A DNA stretch of 64,000 nucleotides, from contig QPGO01000035.1 in NCBI GenBank assembly GCA_008632985.1, positions 235,899 to 299,898 on the forward strand, read 5' to 3'. This DNA comes from Psammoneis japonica. Lineage: Eukaryota. Both the position numbers and the translations under genes were made by a program. The notes under the pieces are model-generated. The model had not been told where the DNA came from, did not search any database, and saw only the letters and a list, made by a program, of their open reading frames with translations. Positions 49,761 to 61,051 of this stretch are shown here, one piece after another (position 1 is the stretch's first letter; each line of letters begins with the position of its first letter).

Positions 49761-51179
49761 TCATTGATCCATTTCCGAAGTTCTTGATCGATGCGTCGCT
49801 CTATCCCATGTTTCATCATTTACCAACTCATCCATTTTACACACAAAATGGATGCTTGCTGCAAACAAAGCCGTGGTCTCGAATTGTGACAGCACCGTGT
49901 TGTGCTCATTGTTGTCACCCACGCACTCCACGCACTCTCTGCAGGACTCACAGATTAACTTTCCCACGTCAAACCATTGACGCCCATCAAGGTGCTTTTT
50001 CCAGGACAGTGCAAAAGAATCCAATGTTGCCACCCCTGCTCTCACTGCTGACGATTTGCAGATCACGTCTTTCTCTTGTTCCACCCACTTGCGGCACGGC
50101 TCTGCTGGCAGCTTTTGGCTCTTCCAGAAATGAGACCTGTCTCGCCAAGACTTTACATTGTGTTGGAAAGCATCATCTGTGTGCGAGATGGGCAAGGCAA
50201 TCTTTTCCGAAGGTGTGGTCACTCTGCGTTTCACCATCAGTGCACGAATGCATTCTCCGTCCTCTTTGACCAAGTTCTCCCAATTCCAATGATGCCTCAC
50301 TTCCTTCCAAGAAGGTTCCTTGTTCATTTCATCTGTCACATCCTCAAAACCCAATGTTTCACAGCAATGCTCTTCTAGGTTCACTTGACAATGCAGCATT
50401 GTGTCCCAAGTGCCAACAACTGTGCAGCCGATTGATTGAGCCACGCCGATGAGGAATGGGCACATCCCACAATTGCGAACCTTGCCCTGTTGTTTGATTA
50501 GAACACAGTCAACAATTGTGACTGGCACCGATCGAATGCATCAACACAACAACACAGCCACAAGATCTTGTGCGAGAGTTGCTTCTTCGCCATTCATGGA
50601 AACTGCTGCCAAAACGTGAGTGTGCTTGTTTTGCAACAAGTCCTCAATGTCGCCTTTGTCATCGGCATCAAATTCCTGAAGAAGAAAGTCGCGAATGGAC
50701 CGCCTTGCAGTGTTGATGTCATCTTCATGCTCAGATGACAAACCCTTCTGGTTGTGATGCAACACGACGCACCTCTCCCCCTCCTGATTTTGCCATTGCC
50801 CTGAATCAGCCAACCCAATCAGCGATTGAGTTTCTAGACTGGGGTTGACAAGGTCACACAAGTCTGTAAAATGACAGAGGTTGTCCCGCTCTCTCTTTGC
50901 CACATCCTCATTGATGCGATCGACAAAATTCCGGAGCCTTGCAGGAATGTTGTCAATGTTGCCACCATGGGATTTTGAGGACAATGGGGAAGAAGCCCGT
51001 GCTTTCTCTTCCTGCTCTGCCTGTGATGACAGATTGTCCTCTCTCTCTGTTTGTGAGGCAGCAACAGCCGCATTTGCAAGAGTTTCCATTCTGGAGTCTC
51101 CCGACATTTGATTGAAAAGCCTTGCTTCAGGACGTTTGCTGCTGGTGGCACAATGTTTCATTGACAACGCCGACGACAA
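49761..51179 (-). pseudogene. Cargo ORF remnant with GNAT acetyltransferase-like motifs
   Basis: VRNCGMCPFLIGVAQ (R..G.g..L acetyl-CoA motif) and HCCETLGFE (YY..LGF with Y->C). Split by a TGA at 50541. Confidence 0.4.
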
Positions 51180-51269
51180 AATGTGCTTCCACCTGTTGAT
51201 GACACCACACCGCTAACCTGCACCCTTGCATGGCGCAACTGCACAACACAACGAGGGTGTCCCAGCAAG

Positions 51270-54200
51270 TCCCCCAGGACACCACCGTAAAATGTTGGGC
51301 ATGAGCACAGTCGGCAAACAGATTTTCCACTGTCCTGGAGGATCATTTGGTCGCATGCGACAACACACAAGCGGTCGATTGTTCACACATTCCATGAGGA
51401 AACGATCAGGGTGAGCAATGCGCATCTGGTTCAATTGTTGGTCCTCAAACTGGTGCTCTTGAATCCGTTGTAATGTCATTGGATTTTGCATCTCCTGCAT
51501 CGCAGGGCAATTCAAAAAGGAATCGAACAGCTCCGGCTCATCAACAAAGAAAGAGAAGAAGTGTGAGTGGCCTTCATTTTCAATGTTGCGACAACACTTG
51601 AATCGGCATGCGCCGAGCTCCAAGTCCTCATCGCGGAATCCTCGACTTCGGATGGTTCCTCACTCGGCACCAACTTCGAATCGAGCAGAGCAAAATCAAC
51701 AACAGCTCCTTTTCCCGGAGCCAAGCTCTTCCCTTCAGAGGGAGGATCCACACGAGGCAAACGAGAAAAACAATCAGCCAAGACATTCAAGCGGCCTTCG
51801 ACACAATGGAATTGAGGGGCAAAGTCTTCCAGAAAGAGGCACCAACGGAGCACACGTTGTGAATTTAAGGTGCGAAAGGTGAGGTTCTTGTGGTCGGTGA
51901 ACACATGCAAGTCACCGCCAAGGAGCATCGTTCGGAATTCGCGGAAGCACATGACAATGGCCAAGAGTTCTTTTTCAATCGTCGAGCAGTTTTGTTGTGC
52001 CGTGTTCAGCTTTCGAGACCAGCATGCAATGGGTTTTCCGTCTTGTACAATCACTGCGCCCATTTGGCAATCACTGGCATCGGCACAGACATGGAAGGGT
52101 TTGTCATGATTCGGATGCGCCATCAACGTCTCGGCCGCCAGTGCTGCTTTCATCTCTTCAAACGCCGCCTGACAATCTGCTGTCCACGTCCATGAGCCTT
52201 TGCCTGTGAGATCTGTCAAGGGCCCCAACAAGTGAGAACGCCGAGGCCACATGTTACGACAGCATGTCACAGCACCAAGAAATGAACGAAGCTGCTTGAC
52301 ATTTTCCGGAGGTTGCATTCGCAGAACAGCTTCCACTTTCTTCTTCCACGGACGAATTCCAGTCGGAGCCAGCCAATGCCCAAGGAAATCCGTTTCCTGC
52401 ACACACCACTCACATTTCAAAGGGTTCACTTTAAATCCAGCTTCTTCCAAACGTTGCAGGAGTTTGTCGAGACGAGCAAGGTGAATGTCACAATTGTCAT
52501 CAAATTGAGCGAGATCATCAACACACGCGTCAACGTCCAAGTCATGCACAGTTTTCTCAATCAAGCATTGCGCAACATCCGGAGCCGGCTTCAAACCCAT
52601 TGCCAGATGGCAGCATCGATGCTTTCCAAAGGGTGTCACGATTGTCGTCAGATCTTTGGAATCATCGTCCAGTTCAAATGTGCAGCACATCATTGAGAGA
52701 TCCAACTTTGTAAGAAATTTGCACCCGGCTCTCTTTTGCAACACATCTTGGATGATCGGTGAGGGACAAACCTTGCGCTTGAGGGCTTTGTTGAGTCCCC
52801 GAAAATCGCTGAGCCACCGCACTCGACCATCTTTCTTCGGCCGAACAAAGGCACCTGCAGCCCATTCCGAAGTTCCGGCTTCTTCAAGAACGCCAAGAGC
52901 CACTGAGTGATCCAATTCTCGCTCAAAAGTCTCGAGATCATTGTGCGGCACTGCATGCGCTCGAGAATGGTGCGGAACGGTGTTGGGATCAACATCAAGG
53001 TGAACTTTTTCGCCAGCATGCTTGCCAAGGGTGCCATCAAAAAGAGCAGTGTGTTTTTCCAACACGAGACGCAATTTCTCTTGCTGTTCGGCAGCAAGAT
53101 GCTTCTGAGCTGTAGCTGCTTCAGAAGGGGGCGTCTCCTCACACTTTGCATCGAGGATGCAGCCATCCCACACGTCATCATCATCAGCCAGCTCATCAGT
53201 CAAATCATCGAGCCATTGCTGGGTGCCAGTCCGCTGATTCCTCGGCTTCATCGCAATGCTTGAACCGAGCCACTTGACAATTCCGTGTTCGAAATCCAAT
53301 GTGACACCCGCTCTCGCCAAGAAATCCTGTCCAAGGATCACATCACATTGGCAGGGTGAGTCAAACACATGCGCATGCGTGCCGTCAACATGTTTGGTCT
53401 TGTCGAATTCAGGGAGCACCAAGTCCTGCAGTCGAACACAACGAGTTGATTCGAATTCTCCTGCCATTGTCCTGAACTTCGCATGAATCGGTCCTGTCTC
53501 TTCCAATGCTGGAACCGCTCCAACCGGCAACACCCGAGCATGAATCATTGAATGGGTTCCACCGGAATCAAGCAATGCCCGCATCACGCGCTTGCTTTCC
53601 TTGTCTTGAATGAATCGTGCCGCAAACAAGGCTGCAGGGACCACATTCAATGGCTCAATTGGTTTTGTTTTTGGAGTTGGTGCAGCGCACTCAAGTCCCA
53701 CATCGTCTTCGTCATTCACAGCATGATTTCCGAAATCGTCATCATCAAATAAATCAGCAGCACACACATGACAATCATCAATGCAATCAGTGCAATCATC
53801 AAACTCATGAGAATCAGGAGCGACACACTCAGACGACAGCTCTTCAAGCTCATTGGGTCAGTGTCGACCGCGTCCCGAGAAGCGACCACCAGGTCGAAAA
53901 CTTCCCGTTCCACCTCGACACTCTCAAGGCCCTCCTGTCGAATCAAGATGATGGCTTTCAGCAGACCAATCATTGGGAGGAGCCGTTCTGGCCGGATTGC
54001 CGCAACCGCCGCCATCTGCATTGGCTCGGGTGTCGTTTTGACATTGCATGCAAGAGCCACCATCATCATGATGCTCGCCGCCATTGCCGCCAGAGTCATG
54101 GTTTCCGCGACCACCGTAGTTTCCTCGGCCACCACCACGACCTTGACAGCCACGGCCTTGCCAACCACGACCTTGCGCTCCGCCATGACCACGACCTCCG

Positions 54201-55300
54201 CCTCGACCGCCACCTCGACCGCCACGGCCACCACATCCGTGACCTCCGTGATCAGTTCTTGGATGGCAGTTGTCAGAGTCGGGATTCATGACGCAATCTT
54301 TCCACTTGTGATTGTGAGTGTGCAAAGGACATTGAGATTCTGGGTCAATGCGATTGCCTTTCTTCTTGGTGGAGCCGCCACCTTTCGACTGTCCGTCTTT
54401 GCGCTTCTTTGAAGTCTTCTTGTTCCTGTCTGCAAATGATTTCTCCATGTTCACACACGTGACAATTTCCGCTGATGTGTCATTTCCAATCGTGCGTCCT
54501 GCTCTTGCATGCATCTCGCGCCACGACAAAGGGAAGCCATCGAAGATCATCTTCTTCTTCTGGTTCTGAGTGACAACTGAATCATTTCCCGGCAACTTGT
54601 TTGTGCATCGCACTGAGGTCTCCATTCGATCCGCATGTGCCTGTGCTTCAACATCATGTGGCTTTTTAAGAGAGAGCAAGCATTCAATCATCGTGCCACG
54701 CACTTCAGTTTCTCACAATGTGACAAATAAAAACGAGCCAATTCTTGGTCAAAACGAGCCACCGTCTTCTGCGCATTCGGAATCGCCATGGTGAGATTGG
54801 ACCATTTGTCTTCAGCGGCATCTGTCAACACTTCCTCGAAATTGTCAAACAGTTCTTCGCCTGTGGCAAATTCAAGTTTTGCAGCCAGTTTACGAAAACG
54901 ATCTTCCACGAACAACAACGCTTCAATGCCATTGGTTCCGTCAAAACAAGGGCACTTCTTCGTGCGCGTGCTACCATCATCACACGATTGAGTCAATTTT
55001 ACAAGTTCCAAATCCGAATGAGCAAATTTCACAGCATGCAAAATGCGCGATTCTTTGAGGCTCTCGCGATCACTCATCAGGCCAAGTTGGTCCTCCAAGA
55101 AACTGCTTCAAGTGCTCTACCTTCGACTCGAGTTGTGCAACCCAAATCGCTGAATCCTGTTCGCATTGTTTTCTTGTCTCCTTTTGCCGTTTTTGACGTG
55201 TTCCAGCCGCACGTGACCCAAATCGTGCACAAAAACGACATTTGCGCGATTTTTGCGCGGTCTCTGACTTGCGAACGGTTTTTCACCACCAAAAGTATAG
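51270..55300 (-). mobile_element. Ty3/gypsy LTR retrotransposon, 3'-truncated at the start of the integrase, nested in the CACTG element
   Basis: gag ~55077-53924 (frameshifted; CPLHTHNHKWKDC knuckle, RGG tract). pol 53767-51213 has protease LLDSGG, RT (PKKDG..R..DFRGLN, LDL, CVDD, FLGH) and RNase H (DASD, EKELLAI, TDHKNL, NVLADCFSR), in the order PR-RT-RH. LTR not delimited. Confidence 0.92.
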
Positions 55301-55319
55301 ATTTATTCAAATTCTAATG

Positions 55320-55358
55320 TTTTGCAACACTAACAAGACTCGTGTGAGTGTTGCAAAA
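55320..55358. repeat. Hairpin/inverted repeat upstream of Gypsy gag
   Basis: TTTTGCAACACTAACA-agactcg-TGTGAGTGTTGCAAAA: 16-bp stem with one mismatch. Confidence 0.7.
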
Positions 55359-56003
55359 TCATTGTTATTGTGCCATCAATGTTTTTCATTGCGATGAACG
55401 AATCGTAACACAACGGATGATTTTCGGCGAAATTATTGCCGTTATTTGGATGTTAACTAAATATATCTTTCTACGATGATTTTTAGTATATTTGCTACTT
55501 ACAAAGAAATTTACGTATAAAGAGTACAGACGTACAATCAGTATTGAGTCTACTGAGGAAGTTTATGATACATGTGCCATGAGGAATTTGATACCCCACA
55601 AAAAACTATTTAATTCTTAATAATTATTCATACTCTAGACGCCTATAAAAGCCAATCCGTTTAAGTATTTTATATGAAAATAGTACATACACTAATATGT
55701 GCATACCTTATATTCAAAATCGATTGTCATTTTGTGTGTCACCTGGGACTGGAACACGTCTTTTGTTCCAAAGCCCAATTCGCTGCCTTCGCTCTCAACA
55801 TTCTTTTCTCTTGTTTTGCAAGCCCATTGGTTGTGTCGTTGTTTCTCATTCAGCTCTTTACAATCGACTGTAATTACAGTGCAAGCTCAAGCTGAAACTG
55901 ATGTCAAAACAAAGAAGTGAGTGGACCGAAGAGAGGGGAGCCCAAGCATTGGCGAACGCTGGCGAGCCTCTCTCAAACGGCTGCGTCAATCTAACATCCA
56001 AAA

Positions 56004-59000
56004 TTAACACTGTGTGTCAGAAGCGTGCGAGTGAGTTGCTGCAATCAGGTCAAGAGCCAAGAAATGGTTGACTGTTGGTGAATGTGACGCAAAGCGATGG
56101 TTTGCCAGTCGACATGTTGCTGCGTTTGATGCCAGCCTCTGGCCGCACTGTTTGCACACCACCTTCTCCAGTGTCGTCACCCTCCCAATGCAGAATGGCC
56201 GGTCCATCATTGTCGTGGGATTCCGTGACTCCCAACATTCCAAGGGACACAGATTTCACAAAGTTGGCCTTTTTTTTCTTTTTCTTGCAACCTGCAGAGG
56301 CATCATTGACATCACCATCATCTGCATCATCAGTGGGCAATTTCATCAACCACCTGTCCATCTCGACCATTGCATCCAAATGTGTCAAAACAGTTTCGTG
56401 AAGGTCAGCAACAACGTGCTCCGATGACATGACTCAGCCAAGACATGCTTGTGTTGCGGAAGCAAATCGAAGCACCATCCTTGACACACATGCACAGTCC
56501 GAGTGATTGTCCAGCAACCGTGGTTGATGGAGCGCAGGCAGCGTGACCACAAATTTTACTGTCCTTGCCCAAAAGAAGCAATTCTCACTCACCCAGGGAC
56601 CGGTGCCCCACTTGCTGGTGGAAAACGGATGAGCCGCAAAACATTTGGTTGACCGGAGAGACTGAATGGCCCGCAAGCGCATGTTGGCTTGCTTGCCAAA
56701 GGTTGCCTGGAGTTCAAAACAAGACAAAAATTTGGAGATCATTTCGACATCACTTTTAACATTGCCAAGACCAATGGTGTGCACTGGTGCACAATGACAA
56801 CGTGAAAGTGCTTTTGGATTCGTCCAAGGTGCTGGAAATGTTGGACAAGGCAGGTTGCGTTTTGCAGCAATGCAAACCAGGTCAATCATGCGTTGGATGA
56901 CGGCGCAACTACGAAGATGCGCCGTGAGGTCAGCTTTGGTCCAAAAGCACTTGTTGCTTGGGGTGCCCGGTGGATGCGTTCTCATGTTGTGATGAGCAAA
57001 CTCAATTGCTTCCTGCAACCAGGGAACAGTGAGTTTGACAGCGGACAACCACTGTCTTGGTGCAGTTGGGGCAGCCCCACAGTGGCGTTTGTGACTGCAA
57101 CGGGAAGCATTGGTTGATGCGGTTGGATCTGTTGCCGAGTCTTCAGTGGATTCCATGTCATGCACCGATGGGTTGAACACCGTAACTTCCCTTCCAGCGG
57201 GCGGTTGTGGCGCCCCTTCACGTTGGTCACATGAACAAGGATGGTCGGCGGGAGCAGGAAAATGAAAACCAGTGTCAAACACATTCCAAGATGCACATGC
57301 CTTTTGTGGACACATGGAAACAGGAGGGACGTTGCTTGCACCACCGCCGTCCAATGGTGTTTCTGGTTCCCGTGAACTGTCGGCAACATCCGAAGGATCC
57401 TCGGATGTGCCAAAATGGTTGCTCACATGTGCTTTGCGGCACAGCTTACAATGAGGCAAGTGATTGACAGAACAAGTTCCATCTGCAGAACAGGCATGTT
57501 CCCAAAACATTGAATGGGTGCCATTGTGGTCGCCAACGCGAAACATGCAGGAACATTCAGGCTGATCCACACAAACACTCAATTTACCGGCTTTAACACG
57601 CATGAGCTTCTGAAGGCCACCATGGCAAAACCAATGGCATTCTTGAGACAACGACTGCAGTTCACGTTCGAAAATTGTCTTGACGACTTCATGGTTTTCT
57701 CCCTTGGACGACATTGCCATAAAGCAGGTGTGGCGTCCACCGGAAGAATTGGGAGGAGGGCAGCAGGTGTGCGTGTTAAGCCACACTTGATTGCGTGACT
57801 GCTTCGTGCCGTTGGGATCAAAATCATCACACCATTCTTGCACCCACAGACACAACACAAAACTGTCACCATCATCTTTAAGTTCCATGAACAAGGAATG
57901 TGCTGCAGGTGTGCGCGACATGGCAGGTTTGGAATCTTGAACAAAGACATCTGCATCAAAAAAGAACTTGTCAAATTGCGTGGCTTGAGCCAACTCATTG
58001 GCAAGCACGTCTTTAAAGGAGACACAGGAATGAGTGCCATCGTTGGTTTTCCTGGGAACAGGATGAGGCAGATTTGGCACGATGGCACGTTTGCTGGACA
58101 AGTGCAACGTCAAAATCTTTCACAGAGGCAGGGACACGAGTCCGATGAAAAATGGACAAGTCTGGATCACGGCTGTTGGCGGCTTGCAGCATGCATTCTG
58201 CCAACAATGCTTGTTGTTTCTCGGTGAGTTGTGACAGCAGGCTTGCCATCACAAGGGAAAAATTGGCCTCTTCTTTGGCAACCTCAGTGACAGGCAATTC
58301 AAAAGCATCAGCTGTCAATTTCTGGAGTCCTTGTCTGGGATGCGAGTGCTCATGCCAAAAAAAGTCTGGGCTTTTGGAGTCCGCATCAAAACATTGGCGA
58401 AGATCGTCAATGCTCAAAAGAGGACGTGAGCCAGCATGATTGACGTCGTAAATCCAATCTTCGTGGTTGTCAGGTTCCTTGCTCTCTGACACAGTGGAGG
58501 CAACATCATCATTGTTGCACCAACCGCCTTCGTCGTGTGTTGGATCTGCCGGCTCATGGAAAGCATTGACAGACGTTGGTGCGGCATTCAAAGCTTCAAA
58601 GGCCACCACATGAGTTGCAGTTTTGGCATGCCCAACGCAGGTTTTCCAATCCTTTAAAATTGGAAGATGAGAACCAGCGCTGCTTGTGTTTCTGGCATTC
58701 CAGCAGCATTCGCACACAAAAAACGACTCAACAAAACACTCGGGGTTGAGACAATTTCCAGTCAAGAGGAAATCACCCATGTTTTCGATGCAGCGTGAGT
58801 TGTCACATGGAGTCAATGGAACTGTCGAGAAACATTGTTTGCAACATGTGGAGATTGCAGTGGAGGCCATGGCTGCGCCGCAAAGATGCAAATGCAATGA
58901 GCCGCAGGGACGGATGCATTGTGATGCGCGGCCGCCGCTGATTGCGATGACGATGCACTGCGTTCTGAAGAGCAGCAAAGATGCTCGCCACACACATGCG

Positions 59001-59008
59001 CGCCGCAT
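56004..59008 (-). pseudogene. EnSpm/CMC (Plavaka-like) transposase, frameshifted and TpA-mutated
   Basis: LWVQEWCDDFDPNGTKQSRNQVW, ELQSL, CVDQPE and APVHTIGLG resemble CMC transposase motifs (D.F.P...S.W, D.P.R, D.MH...LG). Cys-rich N-terminus. Confidence 0.65.
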
Positions 59009-59379
59009 GTGTGCATGTCATCGGCACATTGTGCATGTGCAACACATGTGTGCGAGCATTGGCCAATCTTGCATTGTGGGCTTGCACATGTTGATTGTTG
59101 GTTTGACGCAAAAAAAAGGTGTGCTCTGAAAATGAAAGAGGTGGCATGGGCTACAGTTGTTTGAAGCAAATGCCCTGAAAAATGGCACATGATCAGAGGC
59201 GTCCTCTGAATGCGGTTGAACAGAGCGAGAATTTGTGCTTTGCTCCGATTGTGTCTTGCAAACAGAGCATGTCATTCTGACTGTGGCTCAAACAGAGCAA
59301 CGCCACGACTAAGTTTTTCGCTTCTTTAAACAAAGCATTTTACTCTGTTTATTTTTATTCGGAGCAAAAACAGCTTGTT

Positions 59380-59402
59380 TAGAGAGATTCTCATTTGCAG
59401 TG
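59380..59402 (-). repeat. Right TIR of CACTG element
   Basis: Ends ...CATTTGCAGTG followed by TC. Confidence 0.82.
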
Positions 59403-59726
59403 TCTCTCTCACCTCTCCGGCTCCAGCCAGGCTCCATGCGCGTCATCGCGCGTCTGTACCTAAATTCTTCGCAAGGCTTCGGCATGAACGAACACCTCCT
59501 TGTCGCATTGCTTTTACCATACTAGCATACAGTACGCGGGAAAACGAGCCGCGGCGCGTGGAAGATTCGTCGTCTCTCGTCTCCGCTGTCTCCGCTGTCG
59601 CGACGACGCTGGCACTCAACAACCAGAGAAAAAGCCAAAGCATACACACATAAGTTGGTTGTTTCCAAGTCCAAACAACGGTAAACGCAGACAGAGAACC
59701 TTATCGCATTGTATCATAACATCATC

Positions 59727-61051
59727 ATGTCTCATCAACGCCGCGGTGGCAGTGGTGGTAACTTTACAGCCGTCCCCACCACAATGTCTGCTGAAACTAC
59801 CGACGACACCAGCAAAGACAACGACGACTCTCCTCCGTTTCGTGAAGCCATTGGTCCGGTAGAGAGTTACAAGTTAGATCAAGCTGATGACGACGTCATG
59901 CCAAAATCAGCCTCATCCCTGTCGGTCGAAGAACGCTACGAGCACGAACGACACGCGGCGAAACTGGCGCATTGGAAAGAGCACCCCTACAGTGTCGGGT
60001 TGGTGGAGCCCACGTGGAAGGATGAAGTCGAGCATTCGTCGTGTTGGGCCTATCAAGTGGAAGCGTCCGATCCGTCTTGTTGTAATTACGTATCTGGATT
60101 GGTGTGTTCTCGCTTTGGTCGAGTGGGAAACATGGTGGTTTTGAGACAATCGACGGAATGGGTCGAACAAGTCGATCAAGACGAAGAGGCCGAGGGAGGG
60201 GAAAAAGTACGACGCTTTACTCGCCCAAAGTACAATTGCATTGTCGGTCCCTTTTGGCCCATGCTCATGTTTGTGACTGTAAGTGTCTATTTCTTCTTGT
60301 TTCTGGTCTCGTATGCAGAGCTTTGTTTTTCCATAGTTTTCTTATTCGTGCTGCTGCCACTCCTGTACACACGTTGTTCTTACTCAATTGTTTTCTTATT
60401 CGTCACATTCACAGTATCCGCTCATTTTGGGCGTGTCCGCCTTGACCCTCTTCAAGGCTATTCCGGGACATTCCATACTCTTGGTTGCACCGTGGGCGTG
60501 CTGTACCGTGGGTCTGATTTATTCCTTGGCCTTGACGGCGTGTCGGGATCCCGGGATCTTACCAAAGCACAAGAGCCCGCCACCACAAGATGAGAATTCC
60601 TGGCGATGGTCCGATCAAGGTCAAAGCTACAAACCGAGGGGTGCCTATTATGATACGGATTGTGCCGTGATTGTTCAAGGATTTGATCATACGTGAGTGT
60701 CAGTATCGTTTATGTCTCTGTCTCTGTTGCTGCTTTAGGAGAATACGAAAAACAAATTTCATTGTGTTGTTGTTGTTGATTGGTCTTGTTTGCCTGTATC
60801 CATCTATAGTTGTCCATGGACAGGCACAGCAATTGGCGGAAGGAACATGGGTTCCTTTTCATTCTTTGTTACACTTGTCTTTGTATGTCTGGTTTTTGAC
60901 ATTTTGCTCTTGACTGGCGCTATTTAGTTGTCCATGGACCGGTACAGCCATTGGTTTTAAGAATTTGACATCCTTTCGGTGGTTTCTCGCCTTGCTGGGA
61001 GTGACTTTTATGTTTGATATGAGTTTGCTCATGGTGCATAGTGTGAGTTGA
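59727..61051 (+). CDS. DHHC-family palmitoyltransferase-like protein (DHTC variant); exons 59727-60278, 60415-60692, then 60810-60927 or alternatively 60928-61051
   Basis: CIVGPFWP, TAC.DPGILP and ..FDH|TCPWTGTAIG..N. GT-AG introns keep the frame; there are two homologous terminal exons. Confidence 0.88.

Larger units (their letters stand above)
39474..59402 (-). mobile_element. ~19.9-kb CACTG (EnSpm/CACTA, CMC superfamily)-type DNA transposon with cargo ORFs and a nested Gypsy
   Basis: TIRs CACTGCAGATGAGATTCTCTTTA and revcomp CACTGCAAATGAGAATCTCTCTA (20/23 match). 2-bp TC duplication within a (TC)n tract. Transposase-like ORFs at 56004-59008. Interior is TpA-depleted. Confidence 0.8.

Noticed and set aside
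51512..53767. Alternative genetic code (TGY/CAY read as Tyr) or RNA editing as the explanation for missing Tyr
   Set aside because: Neighbouring host genes use TAY normally. TA loss also affects non-coding LTRs and codon-boundary positions, and Tyr goes to either Cys or His.
53716..54412. Ala/Thr/Val-rich and His-rich ORFs overlapping gag (172-224 aa)
   Set aside because: They are alternative-frame or antisense readings of the Gly/Arg-rich gag tract.
55360..56000. 5' LTR/PBS of the Gypsy element
   Set aside because: There is no second LTR copy for comparison and no convincing TG..CA/PBS boundary, so it was left undefined.
60279..60593. Hydrophobic C-terminal extension of the 294-aa ORF at 59709
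   Set aside because: It is read-through into the T-rich intron 60279-60414; splicing gives the DHHC-family frame.
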